Source: Octopus vulgaris
Taxonomy: Eukaryota
Length of the DNA stretch: 64,000 nucleotides
Assembly (NCBI GenBank): GCA_951406725.2
Contig: OX597822.1
Coordinates: forward strand, 84,320,001-84,384,000
Direction: 5' to 3'
This document shows positions 45,201-57,698 of the stretch, piece by piece. Position numbers and translations under genes: made by a program. The first letter of the stretch is position 1. Every line of letters begins with the position of its first letter. The notes beneath the pieces are model-generated. The model ran no database searches. It was not told the DNA's origin and was given only the letters and a program-made list of their open reading frames with translations.

Positions 45201-48200
45201 TGCTCTTGTTGACTTTAAAATGATGAAAGACAAAATCAACCTCAGCAAGATTTGTTGTTTAGTTCCAATCAACCCTGACTAGGCAAGCTTATGACCCAGA
45301 ACAACCCAGCCATAACCATCTTGCCTTTTTGGGGGGTGTGGGTTACTTTACACTACATTATCTTATGTGCCCTTCCCTTCATTTAAGACTAAGGTGCAGT
45401 TTGAAGGAGATTTGGATGCTATATCCTGCAAAATGTAAAGTGATTATGCAGAAGTCCATTCATTAACTTGACCATATCAGAATTTAACACTTTAGCACTT
45501 AATACAGCCAAAATAGTCTCCCTGTTTTATGTTCAAACTGGCTATATCTGACTTCTTACACCTACCCTGCAATGTCATTCTAAAAATAAACAAGCATGTA
45601 GGCTTGAAAGAAATGAAGCTAGTATGCTCCACTGGAAGTGTAATGTCAGTGTGCATACATGACAGAGTGTAAGCACCCTAAGAGAAAAGTTGGACATAAG
45701 AAGCATCAGATGCGGTGTGCAAGAGAGACTCTGCACTGGTATGGTCATGTGTTGCATGTGGATGAGGACAGCTGTGTGAAAAAGTATCACACCCTAACAG
45801 TAGTGGGAACCTGTAGAAGAGGTAGACCCTGGAAGACATGGGATGAGGTGGTGAAACACAGCCTTCAAATGTTTAGCCTCACAGGCAATGACAAGTGACT
45901 GAAACCTTTGGAGATGCGCTGTGCTTGAGAAGACCTGGCCAATGTCAGTGTCGCATAACTGGCTCATTTAAAAGCACCCTTCAATCATCTAGAAATATGC
46001 TGTGCTTGTGAAAACCCGTTGAACCAAATGGAATCATAGTTGTGGCTGATGCCAGTTCCACTTGACTGACTCCTGTGCTGGTGGCATGTAAAAAGCACCA
46101 TTCGAGCATGGCCAGTGCCAGTTCCACCTGATCGGCTCTCATGTCAGTGGCACATAAAATGCACCCACTACACTCTCAGAATGGTTGGCATTAGAAATGG
46201 CATCCAGCTGTAGAAACCTTTTCAAATCAGATGGGAGCCTTGTACAGCATCCTCACAGGCAAACCATCCAAAACAATATCAGCATGGAAAACGGATGTTA
46301 GATGATGATGGTGATGATGGCATCAGCAAAACTTGAAGATACGACATAAAGCAGGATTCATTGTAAACAATGTGAATAAATAAACATTGCATTTAACAGA
46401 ATAACCTGAATGGTGAAAGATTAAACTAAGAAATCAAAGAGATGCAACTAAATAGTACGTAATTTGCATCCTTACAGTCTGGGTTCAAATCCTGGTGACC
46501 CCACACACATATAGCTAAACCCACATCCTTCTTCAGAGCCAAAGACTTCTTCAACATCCACATCTGGGACAGTGCTGCTGCTACATACACAAAACATCCA
46601 GAAAATGACCATTCCACTGATTACCAATTGATGGATATTTGTCCTCATTTTGTTTGTTGTTAACACGTTTCGGCTGATATACCCACAGGTGTATGGCGTA
46701 GTGGTTAAGAGCGCGGGCTACTAACACCATGATTCCAAATTCGATTCCAGGCAGTGACCTGAATAATAATAATAATAATAATAATAACATCGAAAAATAC
46801 CTTAGGAATGAGAACCCAGGTTTGAAATTTCCCCAAGACACTTGATGAAGGCTGGAGGGTATATCAGCCGAAATGTTGTGTTAACAACAAACAAGATGAG
46901 GATAAATATCCGTCAAATGTAAATAAGGTCTTGCTTTGTTCTTTACTTCAGGTGTTAGAAGCAGCAAAGCATGGTTTCAAGGCAACAGGTGTTGAGCTCA
47001 ATATCTGGTTGGTGCTCTACTCTAAGTTTAGGTCATGGCGACTGGGATTGAACCAACGAGCTGGTTTTGTAAGGCAGGACTTGTGGAAGGTAGGTCTTTT
47101 GTATAGAAACATTTCTCTTCGAATCCTCATCATTTAACATCCGATTTCTATGCTGGCATGGGTTGAACAATGTATATATTTATATCTGAAAGTATTTTAG
47201 TTTTTACTTGTCTCAGTCATTGGACTGTGGCCAGCTGGGGCACAGCTTTGAATGGTTTTAGTCAAATGAATCAACCTTAGGACTTATTTTCTGAGTCTGT
47301 TGCTTATTCTACAGCTCTCTACGTCTTCATATTCTGGTTTCATACAAGGTCAGCCCTCATCAAGCAGCCTCATGAAAGTGGTTCCAGCTGTGATCAACAA
47401 TGACAGCAATTCCTTCTTCTCCAGAGGGTCAATCCTCTGGAATCTTGTTCCTAAGTAAGTTCTTCATGTAGGGCACATCAATCTCACCAGCCTGAAAGGA
47501 CCAATAATGACCACAGATACTGACCTTTCTTCCTGACTAAATTATTTAAAAAAACAAAACTTTCACTTCCTTTACATTCTAAAAACTTTTTAGTCTTCAT
47601 ATTTTCTGCTTCTATTGGAAACCTTTATTGCCATTTTCATTGTTATTTCTTTATGTATTTTCAGACTGATTTGTCAGAGTTTGATAATATTGTAATCTTT
47701 GGAGTGGAACAAATGGTGAGCTTTACATGTTTATTTTAAATAATGTTTGTTGATATTTACTTAAACTTTCACTCCTTAGGGAGCACAGGCCATCAGTAAC
47801 ATTCCTCCACTGTTTATCAGTCTGGACTATCTTCTCTTCTCCCAGAGCTTTTTCATTTTGAATTATCATCGATGCTTCTGTAACTTTGTTTTTTATCTTG
47901 ATTGGAATGTTGGCCCTAGGTAAACCCATTTTTACTCCTGGGAAGAGGTGGACCGTCTTAGTCTGACCCTTGTCCTTTAACACATCCAGCTTAGAAGGTC
48001 CTACCAGAAGCTTGCACTCTGCTGGCATAGCTCTCAAGATACTGAGGTACACAATTAAGCTCTTGGGTTATTAAGGACCACACCACATCAAGAAGTGGAG
48101 TGTTTTTATGTTCCTTCTCCCATGTTTGTATGAATAAGATAATTGTTGTTTGGCTGTAGATCAGCCTTGATCAACCAGATCTGTTCCACCCATGACCACT

Positions 48201-50801
48201 CATCATCTTTCTTTTTTAGACAACAATATTCATTGGGTCCTTCCTTTTTATGGGGCAGGTGAATGTGACTGATGAAATTAAGCTGCTTTTTCCAGCAAGA
48301 CAAGTGACTCAGTAGAGACCCACAAATTACCACTTGAGCAAGATTCATTTCTTTTGTTGAACAAATATTTTTTCCAGATGAATGACTTTCCCATTACAAA
48401 TAACCACCCAGCTATGAAAAAAGCTTGCTTTTCTATTTTGTTAAGAAGTCTTAGCAAAGTGGAATTCTTGCTCAAGGGCCACAGTGCAGTGGTTGTAACA
48501 AAGTTTGAACTTATTAACCACACAGTCCAAATTTAAATCTTACTACAGACATAATTTCCTGGTTTTGTGCTGTATTAAAAATGATTATACATTAGCCTGG
48601 TGCCCATGTAAGAAATTATTCTTATTATTATATATTAAGGTGGTGAGCTGGCAGAATCGTTAGCAAGCCGGGCAAAATGCATAGCGGTATTTTGCCTGTC
48701 GCTACATTCTGAGTTCAAATTCTACCAAGGTCGACTTTGCTTTTCACCTGTAGTGACCCCTGGTGGTCAAGCAGGAAAGCAACATAAAAAATGGGATTTA
48801 ACAAGAGTAATCTCCCTCAACATTCTAGACGATTCCAATTAACTTCCAGTTCATCCTATATATAAGGGAACACATTTCTAATTTTGCGCCATTCTTGCCT
48901 GTCAGTTCCTAGACATGCATTGAATCACACCACTCGCATAAACACCCGCATGCACTTATGTTCACCTCCTTTGCTTTGAAACGTGGTTGCAAAATATGCT
49001 CATGTGATGTTACAAGCTTTTCCTTCAATTAACCTTATATGTTAATGCCATTACATCCAGTAAAAAATATGTTGTGACTTTTTACAAACGTCTTGCAGAT
49101 TCTTATTTTCTTGTCGTTATGTACAAGATGGTGAGCCCTCTTTCTCTCATGCTTATTAAATTATAGGATGTCACATACCGACATCACTATACATCCTTTC
49201 AGGGTCAATAAAATAAGTACCAGTTGAACACTGGGGTCAATGTAATCGACTCATCCCCACTTCCCCCAAGCTGCCCTTGTGGAAAAAAATTTATTATTAT
49301 TATCATTATTATATATTATATATTAAGGCGGCAAGCTGGCAGAATCATTAGCCTGCTGGACAAAATGCTTAGTGGCATTTCATACGTCTTTACATTCTGA
49401 ATTCAAATTCCACTGAGATAAACTTTGCCTTTCATCCTTTTGGGGTTGATATAATCAACCAGTCCTCTCCCCACAAATTCCAGGCCTTGTGCCTATAGTA
49501 GATAGCTTTATTATTATTATTATCATCATATATTAAGACAGCAAGCTGGCAGAAAATTTAGCATGCCAGGCAAAATGCTTTAACCCTTTCATTACCAACC
49601 CTGCTGAAACCGGCTCTGGCTCTGAGTACAAATGTCTTGTTTTCATAAGTTTTGAAATAAAATCTTCCACTAAACCTTAGTCACAATTTATGTTTCTAAC
49701 ATTAGCTTAATGATAACCAAGTTATTTTACTAAATTCTTTATTATATTTAAAGTAATTGAAAGAAACACAGAGCATCTCAAAATAAATACAGTAACAAAA
49801 GGGTTATGGCATTTTGTCTATCTTTACATTCTGAGTTCAAATTCCACTGAGGTTAACTTTGCCTTTCATCCTTTCGGGGTCAATAAATTAAGTACCAGTG
49901 TTTCATTGGGGTCGATGTAATCAACTAGTCCCCTTCCCCCAAAATTTCAGGCCTTGTGCCTTTAGTAGAAAGGATGATTCTTCTTATTATTATTATAAAC
50001 TCCATCCAACTTATACAAGCATGGGAAAGTGGACATTAAATGGTGATGGTGATGATCTTTTACATCCATTTTGCCATTATGTTAAAATAAATGGTAAAGT
50101 TTTGTAATAAAACTGGACCTGTATTTAGAGCTCAAGTATTACATTTGACAACTTCCATTCTGTCAACACCTCAGCTGTGAAGTAGGAACGGTGTCTGTTT
50201 ACTAAAAGACAGATCAAAGCCAATCATTATATGAACTTATAACCATATTTGTTGGTAATCTTTCACCAGAACCTAATCACTGTTGTTGAATGAACTCCCA
50301 AAGTGTCATCATCATTTCTTATTTTATGCATCATTGTCGCAGGGTTAAGGTAAGGTGATTGTATCTTGTTGGTAGACTTACAGCACATTTGTCTGAAACT
50401 CATTCATACATCCTCGTTTATCACAAATGTTTGGTTCCAAAAAGAAACCATGTTAAATCAATCAGGGATAAATGAATAAAGGAGGCTATTCACAGTTGAG
50501 TGTACCATGTTGTCCCAGATCAGTGATGAATGAATCAGTGATAAACGAGAATAGATGTTTGTTTTTAAGTCCAATATCATTATCATTTCATTTCTTGTTC
50601 TTTCAGATGATGCCACTAAAAGACAAACTAAATAAAGAAATGCACAGCAGCATGTCTGTTGTGGCCTGCAGATTTCCTTTTCCTGATTGGGAACCATACC
50701 AAACAATAGGAACTGGCATTGATACAGTGTGGCTTTACAGAAAATCTTCTTCACCCAGCATAAAAGAACACAACACTGAAGATTTAGAGATGGAAAGATG
50801 A
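41963..50801 (+). CDS. ATPSCKMT: ATP synthase subunit c lysine N-methyltransferase (FAM173B), 4 coding exons, 217 aa
   Basis: Spliced protein has an N-terminal TM segment, TPFLSPALRKVCLPFVPATT, SAM-binding motif LDIGSGDGRIV, GVELN, NIVIFGV, VACRFPFPDW and GIDTVWLY. These follow FAM173B as recalled and fit it better than the paralog FAM173A. Confidence 0.93.
43075..44875 (+). mobile_element. Decayed Chapaev3-like (CMC) DNA transposon in ATPSCKMT intron 1
   Basis: CACTGGGTTACAAATTTT terminus; broken frames AYRLYFG..GDQGKLWVPHVICGTC, MPFAVPR, LDNLIRDFSLTKSGAELLASRL, LKATLLHNGN, LLGLQGGYTKHSCFLCLW. Confidence 0.72.
45596..46320 (+). mobile_element. RTE LINE 3' end (ORF end + 3' UTR + GAT tail)
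   Basis: LHWYGHVLHVDEDSCVKK...GTCRRGRPWKTWDEVVK continuous with the GGCACGTAAAAAGCACC-type repeat family. Confidence 0.8.
46628..46925 (+). mobile_element. Composite short element: inverted repeat + tRNA-like (A/B-box) head + (AAT)n + mutated hammerhead
   Basis: 46628-46684 is the reverse complement of ~46857-46917. Head TGGCGTAGTGGTTAAGAGCG...TTCGATTCC; core TTGATGA...GAAATG; same family as 21705-21880. Confidence 0.7.
46952..47089 (+). CDS. ATPSCKMT: ATPSCKMT exon 2
   Basis: tcag|VLEAAKHGFKATGVELNIWLVLYSKFRSWRLGLNQRAGFVRQDLWK|gtaggt. Confidence 0.94.
47665..47715 (+). CDS. ATPSCKMT: ATPSCKMT exon 3
   Basis: tcag|TDLSEFDNIVIFGVEQM|gtgagc. Confidence 0.93.
48749..49191 (+). mobile_element. 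Probable solo LTR nested in a SINE
   Basis: TGTAGTGA...TCACTATA inverted termini, CACC/CATC 4-bp duplication, TATATAA box and ATTAAA; the host SINE resumes after it. Confidence 0.65.
50607..50801 (+). CDS. ATPSCKMT: ATPSCKMT exon 4 (terminal)
   Basis: tcag|MMPLKDKLNKEMHSSMSVVACRFPFPDWEPYQTIGTGIDTVWLYRK...ER*. Confidence 0.94.
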   Translation: MMPLKDKLNKEMHSSMSVVACRFPFPDWEPYQTIGTGIDTVWLYRKSSSPSIKEHNTEDLEMER

Positions 50802-51708
50802 CTTGCAAATCCCAATTATACTGAAGCAATTCGAAACTAACAAGTTCCAAACCATCTCCTTTGGTCAGTCACCTTCTTTTTGTCATATTGAAGGCCTCTC
50901 TTGTGGTAGTTGAGTGATGTGTAATGATTACTTCCTGTTGAGGTAAATGTTTCATTACAAACGACATCATTATTTGGTCACAAACCATTTTGTTGGACAG
51001 GAGAAACCAGTTTTAGTCACTGGCCAATGAGAAATAAACAAAGTTCTCACTTTGCAGCTAGCCTTCAAATTAAAAGCATCTGTAAACTGGATCGTCACAT
51101 CATATATACACAGAGGTGCAGATTCACTTGTATGTGCAGACTCATTTGTATGTACATCTGTTCCCGTATACACACATCCCTTGTATATATTCCCACAGTA
51201 TACATGTAAAGTTTTTCTTGCTTTAGACTTCAACTAATTGTGCTTTCCCTTACAACACTAGTAGTAGAAGAAAGTTCTCCAGACATTCTGCTGTTAGTCA
51301 ATATTGAACCAGGTTTAATTACATGGCTTACTTGGCCAAGACAAACATTTTATGTTGAAGCTTTTTTTACCAGCCATATTATTTTACCACATTGGCTGGT
51401 CAATCAATGACTAACAGCAAGCAGTAAAAAAAATATTTCAGTCAGTTTTTCCTACAGATTAAAATCTATTTCTATATACTTTTACTCTGTATTTTACTAA
51501 ATTACCATATCTTCTTTTTCTTGTCTTGCAAGTAACTTGGTGGCCTCACCATTATCAATGACACAAGAAAATATACATAAGAGTAGATAGACAGACGACA
51601 ACTGATGAAGGGTCATTTCTCTGTGTTTACTTGTTCTGTTTTCCATTTTTTTCATGTTATTTGCACCATTGGTGACGTCCTGTTCTCATATATGCATGTA
51701 TGTGTGTG

Positions 51709-51757
<49 letters not shown>

Positions 51758-51904
51758 TGAGAGAGTTGGTGTGTGAAAGCACGTGGTTAGATATATAAAA
51801 AATATATAATAAATGATTTACAGCTTTTATGCACAACCCTCAACTCAATTTTCATTAACAAACCCAACAATGAACAACAACCACCTATCCACAACACCTT
51901 CAAC

Positions 51905-53245
51905 AAATTCATTTTAAAACAAGAAATTTTATATTAGGCACCAATTTAGTCAGCTTTAGTCTCAAGTCCCCTCGTTTAGTGATATCCAGCCAATTTCTTT
52001 TCTTCAATAACAAATCATTTACAGCACTACAGCCATATTCAGCTAAATATGAAGATTGGAACAGTAACAATTTTCTTGCAAAGTTGGTTGAATTTGCGTA
52101 TTTGGTTTCTATCTCATCACAAAGCCATGACATCACTCCTTTTATATTGAATAAAGTTTTCACTGTGTCATCAGTTTGCATTTCCGAGAGTTCTTCTTGG
52201 TACTGTATCAAAACATCAGATATATCCACTAGCATTGGCTGCATCACCCGTGATGGAAAATCAATTTTTTAAACCAGAAAATCTTTCAAATCAGAGGCCA
52301 ATATTTTCAGATGATCTATGATGACAAGTACAGCAGCATCGGTCACCTCACATTTTTTAGCCAATGAAACTGGTCAAAAATTTTTTTGACATACCTCAAT
52401 GAATGTAACAAAGACAAATGTCTTCGTCTTTGCATCAATAAGAGTTTTATTTGATCCTTGAAGCTGTTTATTTAACATATTCAGTTTTCCAAAGATATCT
52501 GTTAAATAACTCACAAATGCTTTACCATCAACAGTTAGCAGGTGCTTCATTTCAAGCTTGTCACTTAAAAAGTCACTGAGAACATCAAATAGTTCCATAA
52601 ATCTTTTCAAGCAATTCCCCATTTGAGAACCAGTGTGTGATAAAAGTCTCACATAGTCTGCAATTTCTTAAAACTGCTTGAAAAGACACTCACATTTGGC
52701 ATTAGCTTTGATAGCATTGATACATTTTATAACCGATTTTAGTACCTCATTGAGAACAGGAGACATTCTTGGATATTAAGTTCTCTCTAAGAATAACACA
52801 GTACACAAGAAGCATTTCTGGGTTCTCATCTTTCATCAATTTTAAGCAGCCTTTTTTCTTGCCCATCATAACAGAAGCACCATCTGCAGCACTCTATTGG
52901 TATATTGTTGACATCCAAGTAATTTTTTAGATTATCATATATATCAGTGGTGGTGGATTCTAATGATTCACAGAATATCATTTCTTCAGCAAATTCACCT
53001 TTATCAATATATGTTGCCTAGGTATGCAATACAACCTTGCTGTCTCTTACAGTTGATTCATCCATTTGTAATGGGAATTTTCTTGATTTCAGTTTTTCAA
53101 CATCTTCACTCATTTCATCTATTCTTCTAATAACAGTATTATTACTAAGTGACATGGCTTGAACAACTTTGTCGTCTTTTTCCAGGACTGTTTTAAAAAA
53201 TGCTGATATTGATGTTTAATAAAATCCTCTCCAATAGTATGACTT
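51905..53245 (-). mobile_element. Decayed hAT (Buster/Charlie-type) transposase
   Basis: LLSHT..GNCLKRFMELFD, YLTDIFGKLNMLNKQLQG, LLFQSSYLAEYGCSAV..KRNWLD..GDLRLKLT, ADGASVMMGKKKG; stops and frameshifts. Confidence 0.8.
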
Positions 53246-53597
53246 GTTAATTTTCATGTGTGTGCATTACCAGCACCATAAATCTCTCTCTCTACCTTTT
53301 TCTCTTCCTTCACTGACACTACCCCCTACCTCTGCTCCATTTCAACCTGTCCCACACCATTCAATTCTTTCATCCCTCACCCCATTTAGCACCACATTTC
53401 TCTTGTGTACCAGGATTTTTGTTGCCAGAGATAAGAGAAACTACTTTTAGACACCCACACATGTAAGTCTGTCTCCAGTTTATTTCTCCATAGGGAATTA
53501 AGATGGCATTGCTTTTAGTACTGACCAGTTCTGTAGTACAAACACACACACTCTCTCTCTCTTTCTCACATATGCTTTTGTAATTACCACTAAATTG

Positions 53598-53655
53598 AAG
53601 GATCTGATGTCACTAAAGAAGGAATGGATGGTGTCTTTAGTGACATCAGATCTTT
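53598..53655. other. 22-bp stem / 14-nt loop hairpin (pre-miRNA-sized)
   Basis: AAGGATCTGATGTCACTAAAGA / TCTTTAGTGACATCAGATCTTT. Confidence 0.6.
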
Positions 53656-56600
53656 GAAGATGATGAAAATAATCTGTTGTCTCTAAAGTGTCAAAATTTG
53701 ATAAAATTGTCCACAGAAGGAATGTAAAGAGTTTTTTTTCTTTCTTTTAACATAAACCTAGACATGCCTCACCAAATATTACCATGCCCCACATTGGGAA
53801 TCATGTGTTTAGTCAAACATATTGAGCCCAGTACTTATTTTTAAGTTTGTTACTTACTTCTTTTATCAGTCTCTTTTGCCAAATTGCTAAGTTACAATGA
53901 TATAAAAAAACCAACACTGGTTGTTAAGCTGTGTGTGATAGACACAGGCTGTGTGGCAAGAAGCTTGGTTCCCAACAACATGATCCCAGGTTCGGTCCCA
54001 CTGCATAGCACCTTGGGCAAGTGTCATCTTCTATGGCCCTGAGCCAACCAAAGCCCTGTGAGTAGATTTAGTACCTGGAAACTGAAAGAAGCCCATTGTA
54101 TATACATTTATATGTGTGTGTGTGTGTGTCTTTGTCGCCCACCACTGCTTGACAACCAGTGTTGGTATGTTTATGTCCTTGTAACTTAGCAGTTCAGCAA
54201 AAAAGACTGACAGAATAAGTACCAGGTTTTTAAAAAAAATAAGTACTGGGGTCAATTCGTTCATCTAAAAATTTTTCAAGGCAGTGCTCCAGCATGGCCA
54301 CAGACTTATGACTGAAACAAGGAAAAGATAAAATATTATGCTCACATCTACTGGTTTCTGATTAAGCTACAAGGCCAGCAATTTTGAAGGAAGGGATTAG
54401 TTAATACCACAGACTGGTACTTTATTTTATCAACCCCAAAAGAATGGAAGGCAAAGTTGATCCCTTTACAGTTTGAACCCAGAACGTAAAAAGCCAGAAG
54501 AAACACCATAAAGTTGTTTTCTAATCGTTCTGCTAATTAATATCCCTATATTACATTCACATATAACAGAATGAGTTTTATTTTGTTTTTGTATTTGGTT
54601 TGCCAGATTCTTTATGTGAATTTGCATGTTGAAGCATATTTTATTGTCATTGTTTTAATTGTCTTATTAATTAACACACTGGTTCAATTTCCACTCATTT
54701 ACTTATTTATTTAACTTTTTTTTTCTTGCAACCTCTTCCATAGTTTTTGACTGTCCGTTATCAGATCTGCATTCTTTTTGTTTGTTTGTTTGTGCACTTG
54801 TGTGTGTATCAATGTGCATGTGTATACACATATATGTATGAATGAGTTTTCAGTTGTCCGTATTCTCCAGCACACAATACAAACCATTTCCATAAAAAAG
54901 AAAACAAAACTTTTTTAAATAAAATTTTTTTTTACAAAAGTCATAACATAAATAATTTTTTTTACAATACTGTTATAAATGACTTTCTTGGAAAAATACT
55001 CTTCCATACAAGTTACAGACTTTGAACTGGAAAAATAAGTTTAAAAAAAAAGGAGGAGCAATCGTTAATGTGAATCTTTCAAATCTAGAAGATTGAAATC
55101 TGCTGTGCATGAAGTTGGTGTCCTTCAGTTTTAGGGTCACAGGGACAGCAATGAAAATTTCATCATGTAGTGTCTGCATACGAAATCATTAAAAGCAAAT
55201 GTTGAAATGAGCCATGCAAGCTATGAAAGCAGCCATTCACCTTACAGCAAACCTCTTTAACTTCCAGCCATTAACTGCATCTTTTCATATACAAATTAAA
55301 ATAAACCTGAAGCAAATTAAAATATTTACATAAAATAAATAGGTGTGACCAGAAGCTTCCTTCCCAACCACATGGTCCCAGGTTCAGTCCTACTGCATGG
55401 CATTTTGAGCATCTGCTATAGCCACGAGCTGACCGAAGACCTGCAAGTGGATTTGGCAGACAGAAACTCTGTGTGTGTGTGTGTGTCCCACCACTGTTTG
55501 ACAACTGGTGTTGGTGTGCTTAGATGCTGGTAACTTAGTGGTTCAGCAAAAAAAAACTGACAGAATAAGTACCAGGCTTTAAAAAAAGGACGGGTTGATT
55601 CATTCACTGAAAATTCTTCAAAGGCAGTGCCCCAGCCTGGCCACTATCTAATGACTGAACCATGTGACAGAAAAGAAAAAAATGTCTGTGGTTTGAATTG
55701 TGTGAAATGGTAGGAATTTGTTTCAAATTGAAATAAATTTTCTCATTTGATTTAAGATTATGCAGAGCGTTTAATTCTGGGTGATGAAAGTCTCAAAGCA
55801 ATGATAGTTTGTCTCAAGGTACAAGAACTGGTATTTCAGGAGGAGGGCAAACGGGAAAGAAGAAAAGGGGTGAGCACTTGAAACTCATTTGTGTGCTGTC
55901 TACCACTGAGCAAGGAGATTGGGGATCAATTGCTGCTGCTGCAGCACACAGTGTTAAAAAGATGACAGCCTCTAATTGGGTATAGAGGGAGAAGATGCAT
56001 CACATAAAGTCACAAAGAGTATAAATATATTCTTTTCTGTTCTTTTCTAGAAATCCCAAAATTTCGGGTGATTAGATCGACCCCAATACACAACTGGTAC
56101 TTAATTTATCAACCCCAAAAGGATGAAAGGCAAAGTCAACCACAGTGGAAAGAGCATAAATATATTGTAGCATTTGTTGAGTAATTGAATAAAGGCCCAA
56201 GGTTAACATAGGCACGGGCATGGTTGTGTAGTTAAGAAGCTTGCTTCCCAACCATGTGGTCTTGGGTTCAGTTCCACAGTACATCACCTTAGGCAAGTGT
56301 CCTCTGTTATATTCCCAGGCCTTGTGAGTTTAGTAAATGGAAACTGAAAGAAGCCTGTTGAGTGTGTGTACACTTGTCTTGACCTCACATGATAGTTGTA
56401 AATGAACATCACTGTCATACAAGTGAGGCTGTTTGTTTCTTGTGTTCCATGAAAAACATGGGGAAATATTACCTTGCTTGGAAAGAGGAAGGGCAACATC
56501 TGGTAGTTGAAAATTTGCCTCAACAGATACCGTCTGACCCATGGAAAAATGGGTATTAAATTGTGATGAATCATTGCAAACATTTACATTCAACGTATGA

Positions 56601-57602
56601 ACTGATGGACTGATTGTGTCTCAACAAATTGCAGCATCTTGCTACAGTTTGTTGATTGTGGAATGATTTCACTGAAAAAACTCTACCAGAGTAACTTTTA
56701 AATTTTAATGTTAAATGAGCCCAATTATTCATTAAATAAAGGTAATAGAAAAATGATATGATGGCATTATTCAATTAAAATAATACTTAATTTACTCTGA
56801 AAAATATATATATATATATATAATAGAAGTTGAAAATGCCCTGAGAGTAGTTAAAAATTTCTTTATTATATTTAAAGATTTAACCGGTTTCACAATATAC
56901 ACTGATTTTCAAAAGTTGAGATAGACGTGTTATGCTGCAACTGTCTTGTCTCTGACTAGTGTTTGAAGCTTGTCCTATTTTTATAGGGACCACATGGCTT
57001 AAATTAGTATATGTTTTGGATAAGACTTGATTGGTAGAGGATAGTGATTTTTAAGACTATATCTATTTACACACACACACGCACCTATGTGTGTATTTTC
57101 TCATGTTAGAATAGAAGTATGGTGTTGCTGCAATATGAAGCAAATGCTTTTGTAATTAGATGCGCTTTCTGCTGCTGCTAAGCCCTTCACCTTAAAGCAG
57201 AACCAATAAAGCAGATTTAGGTGCTTTTCTAAGAGAGAGGACATACCATAACAGTCAGTTAAATCCAAACATAATCTGTGTAAGATGATTACAACTCACA
57301 ACCTTGCAGTCAACAGACCTACAAAACATACACTGTATCTCACAAAACACTGTATTTCCATCACCAACTGCTGGCCTACTTCACTTCATCTTCAAATAAT
57401 GAAAATATGATATGTATTTTTCTATCAAATATATCGCACTCACACCTTATATATTTTTCTTGCAAAAATTGTCCCAGATTTATTTCAGATATTTCACAGA
57501 TTTGGAAGATGAAGTGCTTCACAAGCAGCCAGGAAAGCAATTTTTACCGTAAGGTCAGTATCAAGTATGTCCTCGACTGAAAAATCTTTGCCCTTAACAT
57601 TC

Positions 57603-57698
57603 TCAGTTTGTCTTTGTCTGATCTGGAGACACAGTTCCTTTTAGAACCTCCTCATATGATTCTTTGAGTTGTTTCCACATAAAGCGTTGCAAATCAAT
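57603..57698 (-). CDS. GTDC1: GTDC1 terminal coding exon
   Basis: tttcag|[31 protein letters not shown]; AATAAA on the minus strand at 57479-57484. Confidence 0.82.
   Translation of the reverse strand: MDLQRFMWKQLKESYEEVLKGTVSPDQTKTN

Noticed and set aside
46689-46760. tRNA gene
   Set aside because: A/B-box-like but the acceptor and T stems do not pair properly; SINE-type head
51594-51700. CTGATGAAGGG partial hammerhead
   Set aside because: No matching GAAA/stem III found
54973-55310. Minus-strand ORF/acceptor-like site downstream of GTDC1
   Set aside because: No recognisable homology; at most a 3' UTR exon, unsupported without transcripts
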